This document shows positions 28,354 through 38,574 of a stretch of DNA of 64,000 nt, piece after piece (the stretch's first letter is position 1; every line of letters starts with the position of its first letter). Position numbers and translations under genes: made by a program. The notes under the pieces were generated by a model. That model saw nothing but the letters and a program-made list of their open reading frames with translations, was not told the DNA's origin and did not search any database. Source of the stretch: Candidatus Nezhaarchaeales archaeon (GTDB taxonomy: Archaea > Thermoproteota > Methanomethylicia > Nezhaarchaeales > WYZ-LMO8); assembly GCA_038887515.1 (NCBI GenBank), contig JAWAKK010000001.1:710205-774204 (forward strand). The letters run 5' to 3'.

Positions 28354-29644
28354 AGAAGTCTGCGATACTTGTTTGGCCTCGGCGATCTCTAGTAGCTGTG
28401 TTAGAGTTAAGGCATTCGTCGTCGAGCATGAGCTTACCATATACGCCGTCGTAACCCGGCTTTACAGCGATAAGCCCACTCCTTACTTTAACTATAGCTT
28501 CAGCTATCCTACCCGGAACTATGCTCTGGAGTTCTTTAAGGTTAGCGTTCAAGAGTACATTGAACTCGTTGCCAAAGCCCTTTATCAACCTCATGTATAG
28601 CTCCCACACTTGCCCGGAGTATAGCTTTGCCTCCCCTCTAACCTTCAGGCACTCTGCTATGATCTCTGCTAATGGAAGAAGTTTTTTAAAGCCTATAACA
28701 TTAGGAGGTTTAAACCCTCTAGGTCTGTCAGCAAGCTCTTCGACCCTCTGTTCGACGCCCTTAGTTAATGGCTTTCCACAAACTGGACATTTATTGCCCA
28801 GCTTAATAGCCTCTTCAGGGGGCATTGAAACTCCACACCTTCTATGGCCGGTCCAATGGTACTTACCATAAGCTGGGTCTACCTCTATGGTCATTAGGAA
28901 CTTAGAAGGATTCTTGCTAACTATAGCCTCCATTAGTTCTCGATAAGAGGGCTCTTTCAAGTAGAAGACGTTCGATTCTCTGCCTAGTCTGTGAGGGTAG
29001 GGGCTATGACTGTCGCTGTTACTCAGGAGGGCTAACCTGTCAAGCGATGAAACTCGCCAGTTCATCTCCGGGTCGGAGCTAAGCCCCGTTTCAAGAGCCT
29101 TTATCTTGTGGCTCTTGTCTCCATAGCATTCTTCAAGGCTATCTACACCACCAATAGAGCCAAAGATCGACCACCACGGAGTCCAAGCGTGAGCGGGAAA
29201 TACGAAGACGTCGTCGTCTATATGCAGGAGCGTTTCTACAAGTTCTGCCGGACTTATGGTAAAAACCGGGCGACCATCAGCCTTAAGGTCGCAAAGGTTA
29301 GAGAAAACATCAATTACTTGCTCCGCGACTTCAAGGCTTGGCATCAGTAGGACGTGGTGTATCCTTCTCTTCTTTTTGTCAACTTCATGTATCGTTCCAA
29401 CTTCTGCCTGAACCACGAAGTACAGGTCGACCTGAGAATTCTTGATCCTATATAAGCCTGTACCAGGTACTTCTTCTAAGTTTTCCTTTAGCTCTTTAAG
29501 CCACAGCGGGTGAAGTGCGTCACCGGTTCCAATGAGGTTTACTCCCTTTATAGGGGCATATATTGAGAGCCCCTTTATATCCATCTTCTCAGAGGTAGCT
29601 CCGCTATACTTCGAATGGATGTGTAGGTCCGCGTATATAATCAA
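28346..29644 (-). CDS. endoQ: PHP-domain phosphoesterase with zinc ribbon, EndoQ-like (COG1379)
   Basis: N-terminal PHP motif YADLHIHSKYS. Internal C...CPVCG zinc-binding segment. 432 aa, matching archaeal endonuclease Q architecture. Assigned from memory of the family. Confidence 0.55.
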   Translation of the reverse strand: MIIYADLHIHSKYSGATSEKMDIKGLSIYAPIKGVNLIGTGDALHPLWLKELKENLEEVPGTGLYRIKNSQVDLYFVVQAEVGTIHEVDKKKRRIHHVLLMPSLEVAEQVIDVFSNLCDLKADGRPVFTISPAELVETLLHIDDDVFVFPAHAWTPWWSIFGSIGGVDSLEECYGDKSHKIKALETGLSSDPEMNWRVSSLDRLALLSNSDSHSPYPHRLGRESNVFYLKEPSYRELMEAIVSKNPSKFLMTIEVDPAYGKYHWTGHRRCGVSMPPEEAIKLGNKCPVCGKPLTKGVEQRVEELADRPRGFKPPNVIGFKKLLPLAEIIAECLKVRGEAKLYSGQVWELYMRLIKGFGNEFNVLLNANLKELQSIVPGRIAEAIVKVRSGLIAVKPGYDGVYGKLMLDDECLNSNTATRDRRGQTSIADFFK

Positions 29645-29727
29645 TTGAGGTTACCCGCTTACAGCTACGGTTTACGGTTTCGCAGGGAAAAATGTTTCTT
29701 AACTTAATTTATGGATATGTTGTGGAG

Positions 29728-31290
29728 TTACGGCAATCTGAATAGGGATATCGCTGCTTTCTGGGCTGCATCTATTATTGGCCAAGGATAGCACCCGATC
29801 ACTATTAGGACTACCATGAGAATTACGAGCGGTGCGACCACTATCGGTGAGACCTCGCTGAGCCCTTTAGTTCTCTCTCCTTTCTGTCTAATAACGCATA
29901 TTTGGAGTAGCCTCAAGTAGTACGCCGCGGCAAAGACGCTGTTTACAAGCATTAGTGAGGTTGCTACGTTCATAAACAAGTCGCCTACGCTGTAACCAGC
30001 CATCAATAGTACAAACTTGCTAACAAAGCCAGCTAGAGGAGGAGCTCCACTTAACGATAGTAGACCTATAGAGAATGAGGCCCCCGCCCACGGCATTGCC
30101 CTCCCCACGCCCTCGAGGTCATAGATGTTCCTCGTCTTTGCCTTCGTGATGAAGGATCCTGCCGCAAGGAAGAGTAACCCTTTACCTACCGCGTGTGATA
30201 ATACATGCAGTAACGCTCCTACAATGCCCATCATTCCTGCGACGAGCGCCGGCTCGGCGCCAGTCATTGACCATAATCGTAGACTGTAGGCTGCTACACC
30301 TAGCCCGAAGATTATGAAGCCTATATTGACGGTACTGGAGAAAGCTAGGAGTCTCTTTAGGTCCCTCTGTAGCAGGGCCATGATGTTTGCGACCGTTGCA
30401 GTTATAATGGCGAAGACTACGAAGAGGACTCCATAACTAAATGCGGATGGAGAGAATATCGTAAAAGAGCTCCTCGTAATAGCGTAAACAGCCACTTTGA
30501 TTACTAAACCAGACAACATTGCACTTATGGAGCTCGGAGCGGCTGGGTGAGCGTCTGGAAGCCACGTGTGGAAGGGTACTATTGATGCCGTGACGCCGAA
30601 ACCTACGAATATAAGCGCCAAAGTGATATAGCCGAACCAAGGATCAATAGTAGACTTGGAAAATATCACAGAAAGAGCGGAGAAGTTTAGTGTACCAGCA
30701 TAACCATAAAGTAGAGCGATGCCTAGCAACGCTATGAGCGAACCGAAAGTGCTCATAACTAAGTACTTGAACCCAGCTTCTATGGGCTCCCACCTGTACT
30801 TCCTGAACGAAACTAGGGAGTACGAAGATATGCTCATAAGCTCCCAGAATACGAAGAGCGTGAAGAAGTCTCCGGCAACCGCCACCCCAATCATGCCAGC
30901 CACCAATAAGAGTAACAACGTGTAGTACCTGTCTAGGCCCGTATCGTGCTCCATGTACTTTATGGAATAAATAGACACGAGTAACCCTAGTGCACTAAAT
31001 AGTAGGACCATGAACATGCTCAACGCATCTACCTTGACCTCGACCCCTAATGGTGGCCCAAACCCTGGGAACGACGATACAATACCTTCAGCTGGCAGAA
31101 GCCCATACATATCTATAGATAGAACTAGAGCTATTAGGAAGCCCAGTGTAGCAAAGATCCCTGAAGAATACTTGAACCCAGCCTTTCCCTCTATATAGCC
31201 TACTATCGGAGTTAAGGCTGAAAAGACCATAAGCGCTATTATTGGCTTTAAGGCGGTTACAATATCTACCTCGATTGCCAAAGCTACCAC
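29728..31290 (-). CDS. nuoM: NADH-quinone oxidoreductase antiporter-like subunit (NuoM-like)
   Basis: 520-aa NuoLMN-family membrane protein. Overlaps nuoK by 7 nt. GTG start. Confidence 0.75.
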   Translation of the reverse strand: MVALAIEVDIVTALKPIIALMVFSALTPIVGYIEGKAGFKYSSGIFATLGFLIALVLSIDMYGLLPAEGIVSSFPGFGPPLGVEVKVDALSMFMVLLFSALGLLVSIYSIKYMEHDTGLDRYYTLLLLLVAGMIGVAVAGDFFTLFVFWELMSISSYSLVSFRKYRWEPIEAGFKYLVMSTFGSLIALLGIALLYGYAGTLNFSALSVIFSKSTIDPWFGYITLALIFVGFGVTASIVPFHTWLPDAHPAAPSSISAMLSGLVIKVAVYAITRSSFTIFSPSAFSYGVLFVVFAIITATVANIMALLQRDLKRLLAFSSTVNIGFIIFGLGVAAYSLRLWSMTGAEPALVAGMMGIVGALLHVLSHAVGKGLLFLAAGSFITKAKTRNIYDLEGVGRAMPWAGASFSIGLLSLSGAPPLAGFVSKFVLLMAGYSVGDLFMNVATSLMLVNSVFAAAYYLRLLQICVIRQKGERTKGLSEVSPIVVAPLVILMVVLIVIGCYPWPIIDAAQKAAISLFRLP

Positions 31291-31610
31291 CTCAACCTCC
31301 GGAGCTTCTTTAAGTCAAGGGTCTTAAAGTGGCGGTAGGCGTTGATTACCAATGAGAGGGCTAACGCGGCTATCGCTCCTCCAATTACTATCGATATTAT
31401 GACGAAAGTCTGAGCTAAAGGATCTATAATATTGGCAGGATACATCCTCATCCAGCCCAACGATATGAAGGCTGTGTTAACGGCTATGGTCATTATTTCT
31501 ATGCCTATAACGGTCTTTATCATGTTCCTCTTTGAAGCAAGACAGTAGACTCCTATCGCTAGCAGTATTATGGATGTTGCAAAGTAGGCTTGAGGTGGTA
31601 AATACTCCAC
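31284..31610 (-). CDS. nuoK: NADH-quinone oxidoreductase subunit K
   Basis: 108 aa with three TM segments. Conserved position between nuoJ and nuoM. Confidence 0.75.
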   Translation of the reverse strand: MEYLPPQAYFATSIILLAIGVYCLASKRNMIKTVIGIEIMTIAVNTAFISLGWMRMYPANIIDPLAQTFVIISIVIGGAIAALALSLVINAYRHFKTLDLKKLRRLRW

Positions 31611-31613
31611 TCC

Positions 31614-31985
31614 TTACACCTCCTCCTCAATAGCTTCCTCGCCAAGGGGTTCTACAACAGCTTCCTCTTCTTTAATCACTTCTTTGGGGGGCTCAATTCT
31701 AAATAGAGCCGTTACACCACAAGCAGCCCCCAATATCAGGAAGGCTTGAGCAAGCATGTCTATTGCCCTATAGTTCCATAGAGTCGTACCCAGCTCTAGG
31801 TTGGATAAGAAAGCCTTGTTGTATAGCTCCTGGGGTACTATGTTCCACCACTTTACTTCAAGTTCTCTAAGCCCTTGACTTAACGTTGAAGCATCCACGT
31901 AAGGTTGCGGTAGAGGCATAAAGTAGAGGACTGCCAATACCGCTAACGCTAGAATAGCGCTACACGTCACAAGCCCCTTACTCAT
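31614..31985 (-). CDS. nuoJ: NuoJ C-terminal module (split nuoJ, second part) with acidic tail
   Basis: 123 aa. Two TM segments followed by a Glu-rich C-terminus. Overlaps the upstream nuoJ N-terminal ORF by 4 nt. Confidence 0.5.
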   Translation of the reverse strand: MSKGLVTCSAILALAVLAVLYFMPLPQPYVDASTLSQGLRELEVKWWNIVPQELYNKAFLSNLELGTTLWNYRAIDMLAQAFLILGAACGVTALFRIEPPKEVIKEEEAVVEPLGEEAIEEEV

Positions 31986-32218
31986 GCTGCCCGCCTCCTC
32001 CTAATGGTATGTTCAGTTACTGCAAGGAGAACCGAGACGGCGCCAGCGTATATTAGGAGCTGGAACACTGAAGCATAGGGTGCGCCCATCAAATAGTAGA
32101 TTATAGCGACGAAGACACTCATTGCCGAGAACGCTATTATGCACCTTACGAGATTTTTAGACTCGACGGCAAATATAGCCGTCAATAACGTTAAGAATAT
32201 CAGCACTATTTCCCACAT
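31982..32218 (-). CDS. nuoJ: NuoJ N-terminal module (split nuoJ, first part)
   Basis: 78 aa. NuoJ-like N-terminal TM pattern (IVLIFLTLLTAIFAV...LLIYAGAVSVLLAV). Confidence 0.6.
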   Translation of the reverse strand: MWEIVLIFLTLLTAIFAVESKNLVRCIIAFSAMSVFVAIIYYLMGAPYASVFQLLIYAGAVSVLLAVTEHTIRRRRAA

Positions 32219-32565
32219 GGCTCAACCACCTCTATCCTCCTATTGTAAGTGGCTAATTCGTAAACTTGAGTCATCTTAATAGCTTTCCGAGGACAGGATT
32301 CGGCACACTGAGAACAGAAGGTACATCTGGATACGTAATATTTGGGCTTCTTTTTGCCGTCAGGGGTCACGACAAGCTCAAGAGCGCTCGACGGGCAATC
32401 CTTAACGCATAGGCCGCAACCAATGCATGTATTGTAGTCTATCTCGATCTTACCTCTATAGTCCGGAGGAGGGTTTCTCTTCTCGAATGGATAAAGGATT
32501 GTAGCTCTCTTTTGAAATGCGTTTTTCAGCACTTCACCGAATAGTGGCACTGCCAACCACCTCAA
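32206..32565 (-). CDS. nuoI: NADH-quinone oxidoreductase subunit I (2x[4Fe-4S] ferredoxin)
   Basis: Two CxxCxxCxxxCP motifs (CIGCGLCVKDCP, CTFCSQCAESCP). Confidence 0.85.
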   Translation of the reverse strand: MRWLAVPLFGEVLKNAFQKRATILYPFEKRNPPPDYRGKIEIDYNTCIGCGLCVKDCPSSALELVVTPDGKKKPKYYVSRCTFCSQCAESCPRKAIKMTQVYELATYNRRIEVVEPCGK

Positions 32566-33557
32566 CTAAATAATAAGCGTGGAATTATTACGGCTAAGAA
32601 TAGTTGGAGAATAGAAAGCGGCACTAAGTATTTCCAAGCAAAATTAACCATTTGATCTATCCTAAACCTAGACATGGCTGCCCTTATGGTTGTTAGGATT
32701 AGAAGTATTATGACCGACTTAACCACGAAAAGTATCGTTGAAAGGATTGCTCCTAAAATGCCTGGAAGTATTGGTTGAGGCCCACCTAGAAATAGCGTTG
32801 CCCCTAGACCACAAAGGAAGGCTAGCTCTATGTCCCTCGCCAATCTAAGTAGCGCAAGCTTCTTCCCCGAATACTCTGTAAGCCACCCAGCAACTATCTC
32901 AGTCTCTGCTTCTGGTATATCAAATGGAACCCTCTCAAGCTCGGCCTGCGCTGACAATAGAAATATCGCGAAGCCAATTGTCTGAATTCCAAGTATTCCC
33001 CACCAGCCGCTTTGAGCCTCCACAATACTCTTAATTGATAGCGAGCCACCCACTTGAATAGTCACGGCCGCCGCTCCCAGAACTGAAGCTACGAGAGGTA
33101 TCTCGTAGCCCAAAAGTTGTAGTATCGACCTTTCAGCCCCCACCTCAGAGTACCTACTCGCAGATGATAATCCTCCCAAAAAGACTAAGATTACGAAAAA
33201 TGTTAACACAGTCATTATTACGATCACGTCCCCTTCAAATGATAGTACGCCTCGAACTTCGTACACTGGCAAGAAGAGTACAGCAAATAGGCTTAATGCT
33301 AGGGCAAATACGGGGATTGAAGAGAATACAGGTTTGTCGGCTCCCTCCGGCACTACGTCCTCCTTAGCCATAAGCTTAACAAAGTCAGCAAAGGGTTGGA
33401 ATAAGCCCCAAGGCCCAGCGTAGAGCGGGCCAACCCTATTTTGAAGCTTTGCATAAAACTTTCTATCTATCCACTCAAATAGGAGGCCTAAGATGGAAAA
33501 GAATAGAAAGCCTGGAAATACAAGTATTCTAAAGAGGTCTACGAGTTCTTGAACCAT
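32562..33557 (-). CDS. nuoH: NADH-quinone oxidoreductase subunit H
   Basis: 331-aa polytopic NuoH/ND1-like membrane protein in the conserved position. Confidence 0.85.
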   Translation of the reverse strand: MVQELVDLFRILVFPGFLFFSILGLLFEWIDRKFYAKLQNRVGPLYAGPWGLFQPFADFVKLMAKEDVVPEGADKPVFSSIPVFALALSLFAVLFLPVYEVRGVLSFEGDVIVIMTVLTFFVILVFLGGLSSASRYSEVGAERSILQLLGYEIPLVASVLGAAAVTIQVGGSLSIKSIVEAQSGWWGILGIQTIGFAIFLLSAQAELERVPFDIPEAETEIVAGWLTEYSGKKLALLRLARDIELAFLCGLGATLFLGGPQPILPGILGAILSTILFVVKSVIILLILTTIRAAMSRFRIDQMVNFAWKYLVPLSILQLFLAVIIPRLLFS

Positions 33558-33561
33558 GATT

Positions 33562-34743
33562 TCAACACCTCCAGTACATACGCTTTATCTGGTTAAAACT
33601 CCATATCCAACTCCTTCCACTTGAGACGTCAACGAACTTTACAGCTCTATCAGTACAACTCATGCAGGGGTCTATGCTAGCAAAGGTTATGGGGACGTCG
33701 GCTATGTGGACTACGTAGTCCCCCTTAGACGTAAGCATAACAGGTATTGAGAGAAAGTTAGCTAATGTCGGTGCTCTTACCTTCCACCTAAATGGCTTTT
33801 CAGTTCCGTTAGCTCTAACGTAGTGAAAGACCTCTCCCCTAGGCGCTTCCGTTCTTCCAACCCCCTCTCCAGTCGGCACAACTCTTGGTAACCTAACCCT
33901 TATCGGTCCAGAAGGCATCTTCTTTATGGCTTCTCTCACTATGTTTATCGATTCGAGCGTCTCATCGATCCTAACTAGAAGCCTAGCCGTCACGTCGCAG
34001 GTATCATATGTAATGACCTTAAACGGGATCTCGCCATAGGCTGCATGCGGATCATCTGCCCTAACGTCAAAGAGAACTCCCGACGCCCTTGCCGTAGGAC
34101 CTACGGCACAAAGTGCTATTGCATCCTCCTTTCTCAGTATTCCGACACCATCACATCGCATCCTTATGGTCCTTTCTTCTAAGCACATCTTCTTGTACTT
34201 CTTAACCCTATCCTCGAGGACGTCCATTACCTTCAGTATCTTCTCGGCCTTCTCTTGTGGCACGTCCCTCCTAACGCCACCTATAGTTACTAATGCATAC
34301 GTAACTCTGTTGCCAGTTAACTCCTCTATCACGTCCATTACCATCTCTCTGTCCCTCCAAACGTACATGAAGAGTGTGTCGAAGCCTATCTCATGGGCTG
34401 CGACCCCGAGCCATAGTAGGTGGCTATGTATCCTGTTGAGTTCTAAACCCATGGTCCTTATGTAGTCAGCCCTTTTGGGTATCTCCTTGCCTATAATGTC
34501 TTCAGTAGCTTGAGCAAGACTAAAAGCATGAACTATTCCACAAATCCCACAAATCCTTTCAGCTATATAGAGGTTCTGGATATAAGTTTGATATTCACCA
34601 GCCTTCTCGATGCCTCTATGGTTGTAACCTAACCTAAGCCTAGCTCCAACAACCTGTTCGCCATCTACGTAACAAGTTACATTAATAGGTTCTTTGAGTG
34701 CGGGGTGTTGAGGACCTATAGGTATATCGACTATGCTACTCAT
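33562..34743 (-). CDS. nuoD: NADH-quinone oxidoreductase subunit D (49 kDa)
   Basis: 393 aa. NuoD/NiFe-hydrogenase large-subunit-like sequence (RICGICGIVHAFS, TLFMYVWRDRE). Confidence 0.9.
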   Translation of the reverse strand: MSSIVDIPIGPQHPALKEPINVTCYVDGEQVVGARLRLGYNHRGIEKAGEYQTYIQNLYIAERICGICGIVHAFSLAQATEDIIGKEIPKRADYIRTMGLELNRIHSHLLWLGVAAHEIGFDTLFMYVWRDREMVMDVIEELTGNRVTYALVTIGGVRRDVPQEKAEKILKVMDVLEDRVKKYKKMCLEERTIRMRCDGVGILRKEDAIALCAVGPTARASGVLFDVRADDPHAAYGEIPFKVITYDTCDVTARLLVRIDETLESINIVREAIKKMPSGPIRVRLPRVVPTGEGVGRTEAPRGEVFHYVRANGTEKPFRWKVRAPTLANFLSIPVMLTSKGDYVVHIADVPITFASIDPCMSCTDRAVKFVDVSSGRSWIWSFNQIKRMYWRC

Positions 34744-34745
34744 AT

Positions 34746-35222
34746 CTAGTCCCTCTCTTTCGTTATCCTCCTAACTAGGTCTTGAAGGTCAACGTCCTTC
34801 CTGAGCGGGTATAGGCCTTCAGGCCAATCGTCCGGCAACTCTAGGTGAGTAAGATCTGGATGATCCTTAATATTTATACCAAACATTTCGTGAACCTCCT
34901 TCTCGTAGAATAGCGCCCCAGGAATTACATCGCTTATCGTATCAATTTCGGGGTTGTCTTTTGGAATCAACCCCCTAACCGATATGACTATTCCCTTATA
35001 CGAAAAGTGAGGAATTACTTCAAACCTATCTATTGCGTCTACGCCCGACATTGTGGATAGGTGGGTTACACCGATCTCGTCCCTCAAGAACTTGACGACA
35101 TCTTTGTAAGCTGACCTGTCAACCGTTATGAATATCCTCCTAGCCCTTTGAATCTTAGCTTCCGATATTTTATCCTTAAACCTGTCCCTAAGTTTACTTA
35201 TGACTTCTTCCTCAAGGTTCAA
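34746..35222 (-). CDS. nuoC: NADH-quinone oxidoreductase subunit C (30 kDa)
   Basis: 158 aa with NuoC-like sequence. Sits between nuoB and nuoD. Confidence 0.8.
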   Translation of the reverse strand: MNLEEEVISKLRDRFKDKISEAKIQRARRIFITVDRSAYKDVVKFLRDEIGVTHLSTMSGVDAIDRFEVIPHFSYKGIVISVRGLIPKDNPEIDTISDVIPGALFYEKEVHEMFGINIKDHPDLTHLELPDDWPEGLYPLRKDVDLQDLVRRITKERD

Positions 35223-35647
35223 GAACCGCCACCCCTAAGCTTCTCAATAAGCTTGACTACTCCATTTATTATTGCCTCAGGCTTTGGAGGACAACCCATA
35301 ACGTACACGTCAACTGGTATTACGTTGTCAAGTCCAGGATAGACGTTGTAGCAGTTTCTGAAAGCTCCGCTACTGGCACAACAATTTCCAACAGCCACTA
35401 CGAATTTTGGTTCGGGCATCTGTTCGTAAATTCTCTTGAGTCTCTTCTCTACTTGCTTAGTTACCGGGCCTGTGACTACCAGTATGTCGGCGTGTCTCGG
35501 CGAGCCTACAAGTCTTATCCCGAACCTCTCAACGTCATACCTAGGAGTAAGCGCTGCAACTACTTCGATATCGCAGCCATTACATGCACCAGTATTAAAG
35601 TGTAATACCCAAGGGCTCCTAATTCTAGCCCAGTCTATTAGCCCCAT
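35219..35647 (-). CDS. nuoB: NADH-quinone oxidoreductase subunit B (20 kDa, N2 cluster)
   Basis: Conserved Cys pattern GACNGC...GNCC...GCPP of NuoB. Confidence 0.9.
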   Translation of the reverse strand: MGLIDWARIRSPWVLHFNTGACNGCDIEVVAALTPRYDVERFGIRLVGSPRHADILVVTGPVTKQVEKRLKRIYEQMPEPKFVVAVGNCCASSGAFRNCYNVYPGLDNVIPVDVYVMGCPPKPEAIINGVVKLIEKLRGGGS

Positions 35648-35648
35648 A

Positions 35649-35990
35649 TCACCACTTCCTCCTAGCTAGCAAGAGTATGGCTTCTAAAGTTATCAAAGCA
35701 TATATTGCAACTAAGAAGGATGTTTGAAGTAACATTGACGGTGATAATATGGCGAATGCTATGACCATGGAGACCATGTCGAAGACCAGAAACAAAGTTG
35801 CGAAATTTATGAGGTGAATGGTTATCGGAACGACTTCAGCGGGGACATCTTCACCGCACGCATACGGCTTAATTTTTTCAGGACTAGGTTTCGGCTTGGG
35901 AGCCGTTTTGGCGCCCCAGGCATACGTCAAGGCGGAGACGATAAGAGCTACAACAAAGGATATTATGGGGACCGTGACCGTCGAATTCAT
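35649..35990 (-). CDS. nuoA: NADH-quinone oxidoreductase subunit A
   Basis: 113 aa, three TM segments. First gene of the cluster. No nuoEFG nearby, consistent with an archaeal 11-subunit complex. Confidence 0.7.
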   Translation of the reverse strand: MNSTVTVPIISFVVALIVSALTYAWGAKTAPKPKPSPEKIKPYACGEDVPAEVVPITIHLINFATLFLVFDMVSMVIAFAILSPSMLLQTSFLVAIYALITLEAILLLARRKW

Positions 35991-36106
35991 GTCGCAACCC
36001 TCTATGGGTACACTAGTCCATCTCTCTCGACTTGGAGTTTAAAATATAAATCCTTCGACTAGCTTCACATAAAGGGCAAAACCGAGTAATAGTGGTGCCT
36101 GAAGTT

Positions 36107-37543
36107 ATGGTGTTGCCGCGAAGTAAAAAGAGCGAGAACTTTAGTGAATGGTTTGAAGAGGTCACGCTGACGACTATGGTTTACGACTATAGGTTCCCCG
36201 TGAAGGGCTGCGGAGTCTGGCCTGGCTACGGGTTTAAGCTTAGAAAGCTAGTGCTAGACATCATGAGGAGATTACTTGACGAGAGCGGCCACGAAGAGTG
36301 TCTTTTCCCAATGCTAATCCCAAAGAGCTTGTTAGAAAGAGAGGCCGAACACATAAAGAGCTTTGAGGGAGAGGTCTTCTGGGTCACGAAAGGAGGATTT
36401 ACAGAGCTCGGAGAGAAACTAGCCCTAAGACCGACCAGCGAGTCCATAATAATGCCCATGTTGAGCCTGTGGATTAAGGACCACAAAGATTTACCAGTTA
36501 AGCTCTACCAAATAGTGAGCGTTTTCAGGTATGAGACTAAAGCTACTCATCCGATGATAAGGGTGAGAGAGGTAACGACTTTTAAAGAGGGGCATTCAGC
36601 CCATGCAACTTATGAGGACGCCGAGAACCATGTGTGGAACATGGTTGAGCTATACAAGAAGTTCTTCGATGAGCTCTGCATACCTTACCTGATATCAAAA
36701 AGGCCTGACTGGGACAAGTTTGCTGGAGCTCTTTACAGCATAGCCTTTGATACCATTATGCCGGATGGAAGGGCCCTCCAGATAGGCACCGTTCACCATC
36801 TAGGACAAAATTTCTCGAAAGCCTTTGACGTCAAGTATTTGAAGCCTGATGGAAGTCACGAGTATGTGTGGACTACTAGTTACGGCATATCTGAACGTGT
36901 AATAGCTGCTCTGATAGCAATACATGGAGACGACCGTGGCTTAGTGATACCACCCAACGTCGCGCCGATACAAGTAGTAGTCATTCCAATACCCTATAAG
37001 GGAAAGGAGCTAGAGGTTTATTCTGAAGCTGAGAAGATACACAGCGAGCTTAAGTCGGCCGGCTTTAGAGTAGCCATCGACGATAGAAAGGAGGTTACCC
37101 CTGGCTCTAAGTTTTACGAGTGGGAACTGAAGGGGGTCCCAATTAGGGTTGAAATAGGCCCTCGAGACGTCGAGAGAGGGACCGCTACGGTAGTTAGGAG
37201 AGATAACTTATCCAAAGAAGTCATTCCTCGAAGCGAACTCGTAAGCTCACTTCGCATGTTATCCGAGAAACTCGTAAGAGACCTTAGAGATGTTGCCTGG
37301 AACCATTTGAAGGAGAGAACATTAAGGACTTGTAAGCTTGAAGAGGCCGGGGAGTACATTAAGGCTAGAAGGGGGATAGTAGAGGTAACGTGGTGTGGAC
37401 GTAGCGAGTGCGGTTCAGCCCTCGAAGAAAGCCTTGAAGCCAAGATACTGGGATCGGCAATAGAGTATGTAAAAGTTGAAGGGAAGTGCGTTAATTGTAA
37501 TGGAGAGGCAATAAAGATTTTGAGGGTCGCCAAGAGCTACTAA
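36107..37543 (+). CDS. proS: Prolyl-tRNA synthetase (archaeal/eukaryotic type)
   Basis: Class II aaRS motifs with an archaeal ProRS N-terminus ([10 protein letters not shown]) and C-terminal zinc-binding domain. ATG 36107 preferred over GTG 36092. Confidence 0.9.
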   Translation: MVLPRSKKSENFSEWFEEVTLTTMVYDYRFPVKGCGVWPGYGFKLRKLVLDIMRRLLDESGHEECLFPMLIPKSLLEREAEHIKSFEGEVFWVTKGGFTELGEKLALRPTSESIIMPMLSLWIKDHKDLPVKLYQIVSVFRYETKATHPMIRVREVTTFKEGHSAHATYEDAENHVWNMVELYKKFFDELCIPYLISKRPDWDKFAGALYSIAFDTIMPDGRALQIGTVHHLGQNFSKAFDVKYLKPDGSHEYVWTTSYGISERVIAALIAIHGDDRGLVIPPNVAPIQVVVIPIPYKGKELEVYSEAEKIHSELKSAGFRVAIDDRKEVTPGSKFYEWELKGVPIRVEIGPRDVERGTATVVRRDNLSKEVIPRSELVSSLRMLSEKLVRDLRDVAWNHLKERTLRTCKLEEAGEYIKARRGIVEVTWCGRSECGSALEESLEAKILGSAIEYVKVEGKCVNCNGEAIKILRVAKSY

Positions 37544-37611
37544 GGATAGCGCAAAATCCTTATAAGATAAGGAAGTCTCCTGCTTTACACAGCTAGAATT
37601 ATTAGGGTTGA

Positions 37612-37947
37612 TTGGAATTGCCAAAAAAGAGGAAGAATCGAGGAAGATCTAAGGGTGATAAGGGAAGGGACTCGATAGTATTATGCGATGGTTGTGGAAG
37701 GCCGATCCCCAGGGGAAAGGCAATAAAAGTGACTAAGTATGTGAGCTTTGTGGATCCTCAATTGAGGAAAGAGCTTGAAGATAAGGGGGTCTCGATAAGC
37801 AAGACCTTAGTCACCAAGTACCTCTGCGTCAGTTGCGCTATATTTCAAGGTGTGAGGAAAGTTAGATCTGAAGAGGGAAGGAAAATACTCCCAGGTCAAT
37901 CCAAGCCAAAGATAATTAGAGGGGAAGGCTGGAAGGGCTCAGCTTAA
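37612..37947 (+). CDS. rps26e: 30S ribosomal protein S26e
   Basis: Basic N-terminus KKRKNRGRSKG, then CDGCG...VSCAIFQG zinc-finger-like S26e signature. Start is TTG 37612 or 37618. Confidence 0.8.
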   Translation: MELPKKRKNRGRSKGDKGRDSIVLCDGCGRPIPRGKAIKVTKYVSFVDPQLRKELEDKGVSISKTLVTKYLCVSCAIFQGVRKVRSEEGRKILPGQSKPKIIRGEGWKGSA

Positions 37948-37988
37948 AAATCTTTAAATTTCTTTAGGATGAGCACTAGTGGTGTTCC

Positions 37989-38573
37989 TTGCTTGGCAAG
38001 CTAAGAGAAAAGTATGAAAGGTTCATGGAACCAATTGGCAAGTTGCTGAGTAACCTTGGATTATCGCCCAACGCTTTGACAATACTTAGCGTTATCTTGG
38101 CTTGCTTAGCCGGGACCTTATTTTACTTAAGAAAACCAATACTAGGCGTTATTGGGATCATAGCAACTGGAATTGTTGATATGCTCGATGGAGCCCTCGC
38201 ACGGGCGATTGGCAAGGTTACAAGGTTTGGCGGCGTTCTTGATCACGTGTTAGATAGATACGCAGAGTTCGCGATAATAACCGGGATGACCTTAGGCGAC
38301 TACCTAAACCCCCTTTTTGCGCTCTACGCCATCTTCGGGATGGTTATGGCAAGCTACGTTAGAGCTAAGGCCGAGTCCATCGGAGGCTTAAAGAGCTGTA
38401 CCGTTGGGATAATGGAAAGGCAGGAGAAGCTCGTACTGCTGATGGTAGGGGGAACGCTCGTTTATTGGCTTAAAGATGTGTTGAACGTGGTAGCAATAAT
38501 AGTTGGCACGCTATCCCACGTAACTGCCTTCCAGAGACTCCTCTACACATATAAGCAGACGGGTGGTGCATAA
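37989..38573 (+). CDS. CDP-alcohol phosphatidyltransferase family protein (archaetidyl-inositol-phosphate/serine synthase-like)
   Basis: D-G-x2-A-R-x8-G-x3-D-x3-D motif (DMLDGALARAIGKVTRFGGVLDHVLD). 194-aa membrane protein. Confidence 0.75.
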   Translation: MLGKLREKYERFMEPIGKLLSNLGLSPNALTILSVILACLAGTLFYLRKPILGVIGIIATGIVDMLDGALARAIGKVTRFGGVLDHVLDRYAEFAIITGMTLGDYLNPLFALYAIFGMVMASYVRAKAESIGGLKSCTVGIMERQEKLVLLMVGGTLVYWLKDVLNVVAIIVGTLSHVTAFQRLLYTYKQTGGA

Positions 38574-38574
38574 A

